A DNA stretch of 64,000 nucleotides from Eledone cirrhosa (lineage: Eukaryota). Below, in pieces: positions 31,397 to 47,054 of this stretch. The DNA lies in assembly GCA_964016885.1 (NCBI GenBank), contig OZ024754.1, positions 29,326,001 to 29,390,000 on the forward strand, in the 5' to 3' direction. Position 1 is the first letter of the stretch. Every line of letters starts with the position of its first letter. The notes under the pieces were generated by a model, which ran no database searches, was not told the DNA's origin, and worked only from the letters and a program-made list of their open reading frames with translations. The position numbers and the translations under genes are program-made.

Positions 31397-31808
31397 GATT
31401 TTTCAAATAAATTTTTTTTGTTTGATAATGAAAATTTTGGGTTTGATAGTTTAAATTTTGGGCTCAAGGTCCCAATATTTTTGAGTATCCTTTTCAGAAA
31501 TCAATGTATGTGCACTTATATACAGTTAACAATAAAAAATTTCCATAAATGGCAATTTTAAACAACTGAAAATAACAAACCTTTGCGGAGTTCACGATGA
31601 TTCGATTTACTACGTAGGTCGCCAATAATAATAATAATAAGAAGAAGAATAAGAATAAGAATAAGGGCGATTTATTATATCTTCGTTACGTTTATTGACT
31701 AGTGGCGCGCGTTTCACTATTGATCAGCTCAAGGTTCGATCTGTATCGATCTAGCCCCACTCTGGAATCAATAGCTCGTCTCACTTCTGTTGTGGTAATG
31801 ACAGAACC

Positions 31809-32810
<1,002 letters not shown>

Positions 32811-33325
32811 ATATATATATATTTATATATATATATATATTTATAGTATAAATATAGCTATATATAAATATATGGTGAGTTAAATATTACCAAGTTACAA
32901 ATATGAATATAGCCCAATGTAAAATAACAAGTATAATACAGAGACGAAATACAACGTAAATAACAATCAAAGAGTGTTTAATTTTTCAAACATTTAATAA
33001 CTGACTATCGTTTCATCTTAGCTCAAGGCCGGGTGAATCGGAGTTAATAACAAAAGTTAAACCCAAATATAAGATCGAAACTTTGTCAAAAGAACATTTA
33101 GAGGATACATAATATGGGAGGTTAGATAAGCGCAAGCATTAATATCTATATAAGGTAACTGAGGCGGGAAACACATGAAAAACAGGAGCAGATAAAATTA
33201 AACAAAATAAAATGAAATGAAATAAAATAAAATAAAATAAAATAAAGAAACGTGCTGTTACAGATAAATAAAGTACAATGAAAATCATGTCATATAGTTG
33301 TAGACAAAATTGATGCTATTATTTA

Positions 33326-33369
<44 letters not shown>

Positions 33370-33374
33370 AAAAG

Positions 33375-34297
33375 GAAGATGGAAACAACAAAAGAAACAT
33401 ACCAGCCACATCACATCCATAACCACCGCTCCCACTACCCACACCTCCACCACCACAACAAGCACCACTCCTACTACAAACACCACAATAACGACCACCA
33501 CTCCCATCAACCCTCACCCGCACCACAATCCCAACCACCGCTCCCATTAATCCACCGCCCACCCCTGCCCACCTCCAGCACAACCACAAACGTCACTCCC
33601 ACCACCCACACTACAACCACCGGTCCTACAATTCACACCACCCACACCACCACCACTTACAACACCTACACCACACCATCACTCACGCCACCACCATTGC
33701 TCCTACTACACATGCCACTACTACAACCACCTACAACTACCTACATCGCAACCACAACTCACGCCACCACCACTCCCACCCCCTCAACCACCACCACCAC
33801 CACCACCACGTCGTCCACCACCACCACCTCTCCCACCACCACCACTGCTCCTACCATCCACACCACTACTACAACCACCCACATCACAACCACAACTCAC
33901 GCCACCACCACTCCCACCCCCTCAACCACCACCACCACCACCACGTCGTCTACCACCACCACCTCTCCCACCACCACCACTGCTCCTACCATCCACACCA
34001 CTACTACAACCACCCACATCACAACCACAACTCACGCCACCACCACTCCTATAACTCCTACCACCTCTACCACCTCCACTGCTCCCACCACCACATTTGC
34101 TACCGCAACCAGTCCACCACAACTACCACCACTGCTACCACAATTCCTACCACCACAACCACCACCATTGCTACCACAATTTCTACCACCACAACCACCA
34201 CCACAACATCTACCACCACCACCACCGCTCCCACAACGTCTACCACCACCACCACCACCAACAGCAACAACAACACCACCACCTCCTCCAACACAAT
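33375..34297. repeat. (ACC)-rich low-complexity tract with an internal ~135 bp duplication
   Basis: Degenerate ACC/ACA triplets; ~33751-33888 repeated at ~33889-34023; similar tract 41470-41725. Confidence 0.8.
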
Positions 34298-35094
34298 GAT
34301 ACTGGTGAAATACAGTTGGCAGTTATTATAGACGTTCTTAAATTTGCCAATATTATTTCTGATATTGGTTAACAAATAAAACTTTATTTTAATGTCGGAA
34401 ATGGCGTAATACAACCTTTCTTACAATTGTTATTTATATGAGGGTTGTAAGTAAGAATTTGAGATTAGTTTAACCTTCAACTTCTTTGTATGTCTACTAA
34501 ATTGAATGAATGTTATAAATACGTGGAGTCATTCGGGAATATGTGATATAATAAACGATAGGATCAACATACTATGAAAATTAATTCCCTAGAAAATACA
34601 CTTTGTTATTTTCTTGCTATTCTTCTGTTAGGAAGACGTGTGCAAATATTCCTGTGTGATTCAGGAATTTAAGTTTCTGTATAATAAATTAGGTAAGATC
34701 TTTGATGTTTTAGCTTTCACAAAGATCAATATAACTTTTAATCTGTTTTACAGATAAACACGTGCTAATAATATGGCTTAGCTATTTCCGCAGAGCAATC
34801 CTATCTATCTAGATGGATAGGATATAATCTTCATGCTCTCCTAAACTTAATTGCCACGATTTACATCGTTAAAACATAGTGTATTATCAACTAAGCCCCA
34901 GAAACAAAGGCAAAAGAAAATTGAGGGCGGTGTGACAAATGAATGCATACAAATACGTCCATCTTCCATTAATCACTGTAAATCTTACAACATTGTTTTT
35001 GTTTATCAAATTGATCTAACGTGTCACATTAATTACTAGAACTATCTAATGTCAGAAGTGATATATATATATATATATATATATAATTATATAT

Positions 35095-35155
<61 letters not shown>

Positions 35156-35158
35156 TAC

Positions 35159-35210
<52 letters not shown>

Positions 35211-35214
<4 letters not shown>

Positions 35215-35701
35215 ATAAATTAACGGAGCAATAAACTCTCGCTATTCCCTGTCAATAATGTGCTCAAAGGAGGAGGAATCCTGAGTTCTTTAAAATACAA
35301 TATGTTGAAAAGGTAACACATTAGAGAGAGATAGTGCGCCATCAATAAGACAACGTGTGTATTATATAGTTGTAGAGGTACGTATATACACTTTAATTTA
35401 TATGTTTAATTATCGTTTGTCTACCCTACATTTCATATGTTATAGATTCCATACACTTGTGGTTTTTCCCTGTTTTATTGATGGCGCACTATCTCTCTCT
35501 AGTGTGTTACCTTTTCAACATATTGTACATATATATATATATATTAGTAAAAGGAAAAGAAAATGCTGACAAATTTTTCCCAGTGAAAAATAGTTTAATT
35601 AGGAATAAGTATAAATTAGTAATAAGTATTGGTTAGTATTCAGTTTTAGTTTTAAGTTTTTACCGGTTGCACATTTCTAATGCTCTATCTCAAAAATATT
35701 G

Positions 35702-35751
<50 letters not shown>

Positions 35752-36053
35752 CAATATGTTGAAAAGGTAACACACTAGAGAGAGATAGTGCGCCATCAAT
35801 AAAACAGGGAAAAACCACAAGTGTATGGAATCTATAACATATGAAATGTAGGGTAGACAAACGATAATTAAACATATAAATTAAAGTGTATATACGTACC
35901 TCTATAACTATATAATACACACGTTGTCTTATTGATGGCGCACTATCTCTCTCTAATGTGTTACCTTTTCAACATATTGTATTTTAAAGAACTCAGGATT
36001 CCTTCTCCTTTGAGCACATTATTGACAGGGAATAGCGAGAGTCTATTGCTCCG

Positions 36054-36117
<64 letters not shown>

Positions 36118-36918
36118 ATATCTTGAAAAGGTAACACACCAGCGAGAGAGAGATAGTATCTCTCTAGTGTGTTACCTTTTCAACATATTGTATTTTAAAG
36201 AGCTCGGGATTCCTTCTCCTTTGAACACATTATTGACAGGGAATAGCGAGAGTCTATGGCTCCGTTAATTTATCGTGATATTTCGCTCCTTATAACAGTC
36301 TTTCCTCTCTCTCTGTTTGGTTGAGCACACTTCTCTGAGTGGTTTTGGGCTGCCCTTTCTAGCAGCTCGTCCCTCAGACACCACTGGTTCACTGCCCTAA
36401 ACGCGCTGTGACATCTCTCTCCCGCGTGTTGCTGGACGGTTGCTTTAGATTCTCTTAGAGTTGTCTGAAATGTATAGCCTTACACAGGCCGATGAACTAT
36501 GGGCTATTTCTTTTCAGTCAACAACTTCTTGGCGAAACAGATCTCTTTGGATTTGTACGTGTGTGTTATATAGTTATAGAGGTACGTATATACACTTTAA
36601 TTTATATTTTTAATTATCGTGTGTCTACCCTGCCTTTCATATGTTATAGATTCCATACATTTTTGGTTTTTCCCTGTTTTATTGATGGCGTACTATCTCT
36701 CTCTAGTGTGTTACCTTTTCAACATATTGTACATATATATATATATATTAGTAAAAGGAAAAGAAAATGCTGACAAATTTTTCCCAGTGAAAAATAGTTT
36801 AATTAGGAATAAGTATAAATTAGTAATAAGTATTGGTTAGTATTCAGTTTTAGTTTTAAGTTTTTACCGGTTGCACATTTCTAATGCTCTATCTCAAAAA
36901 TAATTTTGAGATAGAGCG
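35211..36918. mobile_element. Complex direct/inverted duplication of one repeat terminus among TA tracts
   Basis: 35354-35700 repeated at 36558-36902 and inverted at 35750-35922; 35211-35353 inverted at 35922-36055 and 36160-36280; terminal hairpin 36886-36918. Confidence 0.75.
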
Positions 36919-37920
36919 CTCGTGATGTTTGCTCTAATCTGTATATATATATATATATATATATACTAGCTGAGTTACCCGGTGATATCCGGGTATTTTA
37001 TGAAAGTTACAATATATTTGGCACACATTAGAAAATAATTGACCATTGAAATATGATTGCTGAATTTTAACCAAAGTAGGAATTATAGCAGAATATTTAT
37101 TGCCGTTTGGTCAAAGTAAATCATCTAGATAAAAATATTAGTTTTTTCCAGTGGTGATTTTTTTAATACTGCTCCCTATTACAGTCAGCATATATAATGC
37201 TTTACTCATAGATGAATCATTAGGTATGTTGTCAGTGAAAAGGGCATGACCCCCAAAAATACATTTAGATTTTTCATTTATTTATCCCTTTTTTTTTTAT
37301 TTATTTATTTATTTATTTTTTAGCTCAATCTGAACTTCTGAAATTCAAACAACATGTAAAGACTATTTTAAAAACTATAAATAAAATAAGAAAATAAATG
37401 AAGCATTTACTTACCTCATTTCTGTAATTCGGGGAAAGTGTATTTAAATTTGTACACTGTAGCTTTCACCGATCTTTGCCTCTATGGCAGTATGATCTTG
37501 TTTGAGGGAGATTTGTTTTCTATTTCTATTAGCTATACCAACAGTTATAGTGGCTCACATGACATACATAGATACATACACACACATGTATGTATGTAAG
37601 AGTTGTTTGTGATTTGAAATGGATTTTGCTAATATTTCTAGTAGATCGAGTTATCAAATAGAACCATTCCTTTTTACTTCATACATATATACATACCTGA
37701 GAAAGTAAGGTGGGATTTGAAGGAAATTTGGCTGCTATTTCTTCCCAACAAAGTCCTCACTTATACTACTTTATATAGCAGAGGTACCCGTGAATGCCTG
37801 CATATTCTTCCAAAGTAACACCATGCAGTAAATTTGCGGCTTCAGAATTCCTTACAAACTACATGACTAAGGAATTAGGATCTGTGTGTATTGTCATTGA
37901 ATGAGGAATTACGACATTGC

Positions 37921-39780
37921 TCATTCCAAAGCCTCTGAATAAACAACATTCTTGATTTTGCCCTGTGGTGCCACAATGAAGAAACAATCAGGGTTCCAAA
38001 CCTTTGTTGTGCCAACATAGAGTTGACCATGTGAAAAGTCAGGATCTGCCAGATTCAACCCAACTACTTTCAATGATTGCCCTTGAGATTTATTAATGGT
38101 CATGGCAAAACTGAGCCTGATCGGAAATTGAAGTCTTTGAAATTCAAATGGCAAATCAGTTGGCTTCAGAGGTATTCTGGGAATGAAACAATTGTCACCA
38201 GCAAATTTTCCGGACATGATTGCAACTTCTAGACATCATATTTTTGATGATGAGTCTTGTGCCATTACAAAGTTTTGGAGGATCCAGATTGTGAAGTAGC
38301 ATAACCGATGCTCCAAGCTTCAGTATCAGGTTGTGGAGGAATTCCCGCTTGTTCAAGACTGTTCAAAAATTCAGTTGTAGCATATTTTCTCTCCTGGTAA
38401 CATCTCCAGCAGCCTTCTGTTGATTTCTTTCACAGCAACATTTTTAGGTGCTAAGATTGCGCATACACAGAGCCATTTCGGATCACATTGCCTGGTCTGA
38501 ATGTTTGGAAACACTCTGGCAATCAGTTCTTGTTCTGTGTCAATGATATGGCCAAATGACAACTGAATATGGTCATTGGAGTTCTTTTCAAGAAGTCCAT
38601 TTCCCAATTTAAGTAGTTGGATGGCAAACTCACTGACACCTTCATCACCAGTTAAGTGCACTCGCATGTTGGTTGTAAGGCTCAGCAGCTGAAAGTGGGG
38701 CCAGAGATAGGATGTTTTCAGACAGCATTGACCTGATGAGCTCGAGTCCCTCGAAGAATTAGAGGCAGAGTTTGTCTGAAATCACCAGCAAGAACCATTG
38801 TCACTCCCATTATGCAACTATTTTCTCTCAGATCCCTTATCGTCCGGTCCAAAGCTTCAAATGCTCCTTTATGGCTCATAGTAGCTTCATCCCAAATTAT
38901 CATCTTGCATGTTTGCAGAAGCTTGCCCTTGGGTGAGTTCTTCTTGATGCTGCAAAAAGATTGTTCATGCCGTGTGAGATCTATGGGCAGCTTAAACATG
39001 GAGTGTGCAGTTCTTCCTCCATCCAGAGGTGTTGCTGCAATGCCACTTGAAGCCACAGCAAGGGCAATATGTTGCTTTTGGCGAACTTTTGCAAGCAGGA
39101 TGTTTATGAGGAATGTCTTGCCTGTGCAAGCAGGAGCATCGATGAAGAAAAGTCCTCCCCCTGTCATTTTGAATGTTTTCGATGATGTTATGGTAGGCGT
39201 ATTTCTGGTCATCCATCAATCGAGGTTCATTTTCATCCACAAACATACGCAATGCTTGAATATCGTAGTTTATCTCCTGAAAAATGTCTTGTGCTACCTC
39301 CATTTCTTCATATGGCTCTGGCATCCCGCAGTTAGCTAATATGCTTTTCATTGCCTGAACTCGATGGGACAGGTCACAGAGAGCTCGATTGTAAATCCTG
39401 GGGGTATATCCCTTATACATATTGCCATGATGTCTTCGGGTTAGGTGTAGATAGTGGTCCTACATATTGTTTTTGCACTCCTGCCAGAGTAGATGAGTTT
39501 CATCAATTCCACATGCTGTGAGCATAATAGCAAATAATTGTCTTAGTTGACTGGCTACTTGAGTGATTGCTGCTTCTTCTAGGCACTTCTTCCAGTGTCC
39601 ATTGTCATGCAGGAGTCCATGCTGTTTACATGCTTCTTAGTATGTTGCGCACTCCCTTCCTCTGAAGCACCTAAGATCCTCAAATGACGTTGGTCCTCGA
39701 ACAGTATGCAGAAGTAGCCGTAAATAAAAACATTCTCTGTTTTGTGGATGGGCATTGTAAACATCCCCAATAGCATTACT
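37921..39780 (-). pseudogene. Helitron RepHel PIF1-type helicase fragments
   Basis: FFIDAPACTGKT, VASSGIAA..GGRTAHS, WDEATM, GDFRQTLP, AILAPKN, FPIRLSFAMTINKSQGQSL, FSHGQLYV across several frames. Confidence 0.93.
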
Positions 39781-40616
39781 TGACTTTACTTCATGACCTT
39801 CCACTAAATAACAGCAGAAAATAATATATTCAAATAATATCTTTTAAAAATACCGTTTTTTTCTTCTGTTAAATACATACATATATACAACTTCTATAAA
39901 AAGCATCTGTGATTTCTTTAGACATATGTAGAAAATAAGTTAAAGAACGCCCCCCCCCCCCCTCCATAGCACGCACACATGTGTGTGTAAATCTGCGGGA
40001 TTGCGTACGGTTTATTTTTTTTTATCCCGTTTGTAAAATAAGTTGGATTACTTTCAATAAAGAATTGTTTCTACGTTAGGCACAAGGCCAGCAATTACCC
40101 AGTGCATTACTGGTACTTTATTTTATCGACCCCGTAAGGATGGAAGGCAAAGTTAACCTTGGCGGGATTTGAACTCAGAATGGCATGGCGTCCGACCCTC
40201 TACCGATACTGCCAATGAATATTACATAAGTTATGTACTAAATTTCGTGGCTGTTCATTAAATATATTTTGTTTATTTAATGATTCACTTCTTTAAAATT
40301 TCTAAAATGTCAACACTTCTGGTGGCGATCGCTTAAATAAACATACTAATTTTCCGTCATTAATTTTCTCCTAATACAGTTTATATATAATATCGTCTTT
40401 TTTATGTATCATGGATTACGTTACTGATTACATAAGTCTTCGTTCAATTTCTATGTATTATATATTGTCAATTACGATTTTATTTGATGTATCATATCTA
40501 CATGTATATATACCTGCGTATAATATCAATATACACACTACACATGCTAGCAGAAAACCACTCGAAGGATGGTTTTTCTCTACAGAAAAGCGAACAAAAA
40601 ATAAAAAGATAAATAA

Positions 40617-40792
40617 CTGTTTCTACTTTTGGCACAAGGCCAGCAATTATCCCAGTGCATTGCTGGTACTTTATTTTATCGAGCCCGTAAGGATGAAAGG
40701 CAAAGTTAACCTCGGTGGGATTTGAACTCAGATCATAAAGGGAGGTAACTCTATGCTTCAAAGCATGGCGTCCGACCTTTACCGATACTGCC
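40617..40792 (-). mobile_element. SINE family 1 with TSD aaagataaataac
   Basis: Matches 47055-47238; other copies ~40065-40215, 51853-52055, 52170-52475 (tandem), 53861-53950, 57190-57342. Confidence 0.85.
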
Positions 40793-41869
40793 AAAGATAA
40801 ATAACATTGGGAGAGTTAAGAAGTGTGTAAAAATAATAAATAAATAAAAGTTAATGAACGCTGGCTACTTTCCCCCTCTCTCTCTCCCATCCCATTACTC
40901 TCTCGCTCTTTTTCTCTCTCTCACCTCCCCCCTCTCTACAGAATAGAGAACAAAAAATAAAGAAAAGATAAATAACGTTAAGGAAGCGGGAGAGTTAAAA
41001 AGTGTGTAAAAATAATAAATAAATAAAAGTTAACAACGCTTGTTGCTTTCCCTCTCTCTCTCTCATCGTCTTTCTCTCTAATCCCCTTACTCCCTTTCCC
41101 TCTCACATCCCCTTACTCGCTCTCTCCCATCCACTCATTCTCTCCTCTCTCATCCCCATACTCTCTCTCCCATCTCCCACTCTCTCTCTTTCTCTCTCCC
41201 ATCCCCACATCTTATCTATAGACTGGTGAACAAAAAAAAAATGGATGATCTCTTTTGATATTCATTAGAAAATAAGATAAATTGATTTTAAATGAATTCC
41301 TTGCTTTGCAAAGTAAAACTTTTTCGACCGTTACCTGTCCGAGTGTATAGTAAATATGTACATGTAATTTTGAGAAGTTTGGTCCGGTAGCTTGCTAGTT
41401 TTAGGCGGACACACAGAATCGTAGTGATATATTAATTATAACGCCTCCAAATTCCAACTGTGCTTCATATCATTAACACCACCACTCACACCACGCATCC
41501 CGCCCCACAACCACCGCCCCACCACACACACCACTTACACAACCATCGTACCACTACCCACACCACCACCATCTCAATCCCGCTCCACAACTGTTGTCCT
41601 ATCCACACCACCTATACGACCTCCACAACCACCATCCACAACATCCACACCATCCACACCACTACCGCAACCACCATCTCACCACCGACACCAGCAACAC
41701 CACCATCCTATCAGCCCCACTACTAATCACATATGTTACAGGATATAGTTAGTGTTGCTGTATTTTCAATAGATTGTCACACTGACGTTATGAGATAAAT
41801 ATTTTATTTAAAAATTCGTGTCAAATCGAAGATTTTAACATATTTTTTAATGTAGAAAATGATGTTTAA

Positions 41870-42217
41870 GAAGGCTAAGACAATGTGAAATGCACGGTAA
41901 AATGAAGACTAAGGCAATGTGAAACGCACGGTAAAACGAAGGCTAAGACAATGCGAATCGGACGGTAAAATGAAGGCTAAGAAATGTGAAACGGACGGTA
42001 AAATGAAGGCTAAGAAATGTGAAACGGGCGGTAAAATGAAAGCTAAGACAATGTGAAACGGACGGTAAAATGAAGGCTAAGACAATGTGAAACGGACGGT
42101 AAAATGAAGGCTAAGATAATGCGAAGCGGACGATAAAATGAAGGCTAAGATAATGCGAAGCGGACGGTAAAATGAAGGCTACGATAATGCGAAGCGGACG
42201 GTAAAATGAAGACAACG
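41870..42217. repeat. Minisatellite, 10 copies of a 33-34 bp unit
   Basis: Consensus gaaggctaagacaatgtgaaacggacggtaaaat, contiguous, no spacers. Confidence 0.95.
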
Positions 42218-43609
42218 AAAAAGTTTGTTACATGGTATTTATTATTATTTTCATCTTTAGGGTGGTGGATTGGCAGAATCTATATTTCTTCTCATATTTA
42301 GTGTTATCTGTAACTTATCATGCTTTAGTAGTCATTTAAATAATCCCTATCACCTTTCTACTAACTATATACTGTAATTCTAACATCTTACTAAGTTGGT
42401 AGGTACTTTTATCGGCAGTCATGAACTTAATGTTTATAATGTGATTCTCTTTGGGAGATGGTTAATAGCTATCGATTTCAGCATCTCGTTTAAATCTACA
42501 CGCTATTGGCATTTGACAATCAATCAGAAGTGGTGTTTATCTTAAAGATAGGAATCTTATTTTCGTATTTTACATCATGATATGGTTCAAGATTAACTTG
42601 CCCTTGGGATGTGATAATGTGCTACTGTATTATGTAAAAATTGCACTTAAACATACAACTGGGCAATAGACCGACCATCCTGACGTTAGAAACGTACATA
42701 CATACACCAAGATATATTTTAATAGCAATGTGTTATATTATGATACCATCTATATTGCAATATTGTCATGTATTCTTCTAAAGATAACCATATGGCCTAG
42801 ACACACACACATTTAACAATTATGTTTCGATTCATATGGAAATCTACATAAAATCTGTTTTGATATACAGGAGACCAACATACATAATCGATACACATGA
42901 ACTTAGCATCGATGTATCGATTTATAGTACAATGTTGAAAGAGGATGTTGGGATAGGAGGAGACAATGAATGCCTTTGTTTTTGCTATATAGGAAATGGA
43001 ATGGCTGAGTGGTTATGAAGTTCGTTTTGTCACTATAGATTTTCCAGTTGAAGCTCACTGTCTGGTATCTTCAGTTTCTTTTATATGTCCGTTTTAAGTT
43101 TCGTTTGATATGTGCTTGATGGTAAGCTGCCTAGTTTATCCACAAAAAGCATTTTAAATTATGTGCAAGCGATCGATACATCTTCAGTTATGGTTGGAAT
43201 ACTAAACATAAAAGTAATAAGTAGCACATACAGATACTGATGTCAGTATACAGTGATGATCATATTCGTTAAGGATTATTTATGTATTTATATTCGTGAA
43301 GGCGCGTGGCTTAGTGGTTAGTGGTTAGGGTATGGGTCTCGCGATCATGATTTTGATTCACAGCGGTGCGTTGTGTCATTGAACAAGACATTTTATTCCA
43401 CATGGCTTTAGTTCAGAGGTTCTCAAACATTTGGGTAACCCCCCCACCCCACCCCCTCATGGCCACGTATAACCTTAAGCGCCCCTAACCCTATTTCCAG
43501 AAAGACAAATTGTAAATAATTTATAATAAATAAGATCGTTAATTCATATATAATAAATAATATAAAATATACTACGTATAAGCAAATATTATATATTTTT
43601 TTATTTTAC

Positions 43610-43668
<59 letters not shown>

Positions 43669-43670
<2 letters not shown>

Positions 43671-43983
43671 GATATTAATAAATGGAAACTATATTTATAA
43701 AACCATATTTATTTCATTATACATATTTCAGGGATACCAAATAAAAATATGGTATGCCTTCATCAGACAAAATACAATATATAAACAGTTTTATAAATAA
43801 TTTTGACGTACCCTATTAAATGCAACCATTATTTTTGGAAGCTGTCTGGATTATTTATAAAACTGTTTATATATTGTATTTTGTCTGATGAAGGCATACC
43901 ATATTTTAATTTGGTATCCCTGAAATATGTATAATGAAATAAATATGGTTTTATAAATATAGTTTCCATTTATTAATATCGTA
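43669..43983. mobile_element. Fold-back PLE terminus with two opposed hammerheads, family h
   Basis: Arms ~43669-43800/43852-43983; tattttgt-CTGATGA-agg-c-atacca..tggtat-c-cct-GAAA-tatgt-ATA-atgaaata at 43877-43941 (+) and 43710-43774 (-). Confidence 0.85.
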
Positions 43984-44068
43984 TATCTACTCCAAAAACT
44001 TGTCGAGTGCTTTATATCAGTTATAAAATATTTACTTGTTGTATCCCAACAATTTTAAATAGAACTTT

Positions 44069-44163
<95 letters not shown>

Positions 44164-44209
44164 ATATTAAATAAATGGAAACTATATTTATAAAACCATA
44201 TTTATTCTA

Positions 44210-44619
44210 TTATATATATTTCAACGCGCGCGATACAAGTACGTTATAAATGTAGAAAAGGCAAGTAGGTGAGAAGTACTTACATAACCATAGTACTGTG
44301 TGTGTGGCGAATTGAGAGGGGCCTGGGTAGGTGTTAGGGTGGGATGGAGGGGGAGTAGATATTTTGTCGAGTGGCATTTTATTTTTGTAAATTATCCATC
44401 TGGCATCAAGACTGGCTTGAGATATTTGGAAGTTGCAAAGTTTTTGTGCACGCAATTCGGGCAATTTTTAAAGAATTCACTTTTCTTTAAATTCATCCAC
44501 CCATCCCAATCAGCACCCTCTCCTACCACTAGAAATGGTATAAATACCCCCATATTACTTGGACAGTCGGCTTCCTCATGATTTCTCCCGAATGAAACAG
44601 TTCTAGTCCTGGAGAAGCC

Positions 44620-44625
<6 letters not shown>
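44210..44625 (-). mobile_element. Extremely 5'-truncated Naiad-type PLE with inverted terminus
   Basis: Last codons [23 protein letters not shown] match the 13499 ORF end; 44470-44625 is a family e terminus in opposite orientation. Confidence 0.85.
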
Positions 44626-44662
<37 letters not shown>

Positions 44663-44809
44663 AAGATCGGAATTAAGAGTATTCCGCAGTTCACTGTAGA
44701 TATAATACCTGGAGATATTGTTCTCTATACAGTAACGGTAAAATCACTCGTAATAATTCTTTACACACATCTCACTGTGTAACACACTTCTCTTTGTGTA
44801 ATATATACT

Positions 44810-44856
<47 letters not shown>

Positions 44857-46688
44857 GAAAAGAGTCCTTACTCTTTTCCTATTACCCACTCTACTACCCT
44901 AAGTATTGAGTACTCTAGTGCGTTATGGGCCACCTGGTTCCTTACCACAATTCCTTCGTTTTATATATATATAATGTATCATTTGATATTTCATATACTA
45001 TTATATCATCTCTGCCGACTTCCCCCACCGACCCCTGGACCTACTCAATGCCCTCCTAGGGGTGGTAGAACCCACTTTGAGAACTTCTGCTTTAGTTCAT
45101 CGAGTTGAAAAATAGGTGTACCTGTATTTCAAAGGATCAGAACTGTCACAGCCTGTTATACTGAACGACCATGACAATTTTGTTGCGGGCAACACGTGTC
45201 TGTGGAAATGTTCAGCTAATTGCTTGCTAATTTCATGAGCAGGTTATTTCATTGATCAAACGACTCGAATACTTTTTGTCGAAACCGACGAAGGTTGAAT
45301 ATATCTTCAGCGAACATAGATTTATTCTCGGCAATATCTGATAATATATTAACTTTTTGCTTTGTTATCATAACTGCAATAAATTTCAGTGTATTTGCAG
45401 TAGAGTAGCAGATAAGATAACTGTTCGCACATAATAACAGTCATGAAATCTAACTAGTAACGTTACTACTGGAGGTGTAGTAATGGTTGTGACTTAATTG
45501 AACTCATAGGAATTCATCATTTTCTTTGGCTCAGTTATGTTTCGTCTATTATAGGAATTTTTGCTTACAGATAAATATGAAGTGTTAGCGATTTAGTTAG
45601 ATTTAGACTTTAGGGAATATAATAAGGAATACAAACCAAAGAAATAATTAAATATCCCAAAGGCGATACACGAATTGCGTAAACTATGCACCTTGCATTA
45701 ACCAAATGTCAAATATACATTGGAAATGATATAAAAATTCTGGCTAAAATTCAATTCGAACAGATCAGTCTCTGTAATGTAGTTTTCAGCAGAACTTGGT
45801 TTATAACAAATTCTCTCTTAGGAATATTCTTTTCGTTTTACAGCAGGCAACAACATTGTAGAATAACTTTAGTGGAGAGAACCAAAACAATATTCTTTTC
45901 ATTAAGATATATTAGAAGAAAAACTTGAATTTACTATTTCCTTCAAAATTTGAATAATGATTTCTAATTTTGTGAGTCGTCGGATTAAATGCCTTGATTT
46001 GTTTTCCGGCTTGCTGCGCCCGGAATTCAATTCACGCTGAGCTCAAATCTGGGATCGATAAAAAAATGTACCAGTCCCGGGATAGGTGTAACTTTTAATG
46101 AGTCGATATCTGACCCTTCGCTGAGCAGTCTGATTTCAATTCTCACCAGGAGTTGTGAACGGCTGATAGTATCAGCAATGGTAAAACCAATAGCAGTATT
46201 GTTTCCTTAATCTAACCTGATAGCCGGCTTCTTTCGTTAATTGTCCTAATTTAGGCACAGAATCAGCAATTTTAGGGAATTGAAAGTGGATTGAATTGAC
46301 ATCATTTCTTGATTGGTATTCCATCTAATCGACTCTAGACGAACGAATGACAACGTTGATCTAGATAACGAAAATGGAACAAATAACACAGAAAATCTTT
46401 GTCCGATGCTCTACCTATTCTGCCAATAAACGCGGCACATCTACGCTTCATAAATTCATGAATTTCTTTCATGAATTTTAAGAATTAAATTTCTGTTTTT
46501 GTGAGATGTTTGATTTACAAGTGCTTCACCCTATATTTGGCGACGTTGTACTATTTTTTATTATCACTTAAAAGAAATATAATTATGAAATATACACTAT
46601 GGACATCAAAGAAATTCTCTGTATGATAATAATATTATTTGTTTAAAAAATAATTAAAGATGATTATATAAAACATTGTTTAATTTGC

Positions 46689-46789
46689 TAATTGAATTCA
46701 AAGGAAAAGAAATTGATATTTATAGAATTTCAAATACATATCAGTAGGTTTTATCCCCTAATGTAGATACAGCATAACCGAATGGTTTA

Positions 46790-46847
<58 letters not shown>

Positions 46848-46945
46848 CCATTCGGTTATGCTGTGTCTACATTAGGGGATAAAACCTACTGATATGTATT
46901 TGAAATTCTATAAATACAATTTTCTTTTCCTTTGAATTCAATTAT
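46689..46945. repeat. Inverted repeat centred on a TA tract
   Basis: 46689-46790 inverted at 46843-46945; arm start recurs at 46962-47012. Confidence 0.8.
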
Positions 46946-47054
46946 ATATATATATATATATAATTGAATTCAAAGGAAAAGAAAATTATATTTATAGAAT
47001 TTCAAATACATATGTTTGAAATCCATTCAGCCTTGATTATTTTAATTATGGTAG

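Larger units (their letters stand above)
27627..31623 (-). mobile_element. Tx1/L1-like LINE inserted in an (AAT)n tract
   Basis: Two-ORF layout; AATAAA close to the 3' end; (AAT)n on both flanks (27588-27626 and 31624-31639). Confidence 0.88.
36966..41440 (-). mobile_element. Decayed Helitron
   Basis: 3' end on minus: acccgg-atatca-ccgggt hairpin, 7 nt, CTAG, then T (36966); PIF1 helicase remnants inside; 5' boundary near 41440 is only a guess. Confidence 0.75.

Noticed and set aside
32995-33095. Two opposed GAAAC..GTC half-motifs
   Set aside because: No correctly placed CUGANGA/UUGANAA with stem I on either strand
33310-34299. 329 aa Thr/Pro/His-rich mucin-like ORF
   Set aside because: ACC low-complexity tract, start lies across a TA run, no signal peptide or domain; open by composition
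41870-42217. CRISPR array, or tandem hammerheads (ATGAAGG..GAAAC..GTA)
   Set aside because: No spacers, no cas genes, eukaryotic context; core is not CUGANGA and stems I/II do not pair
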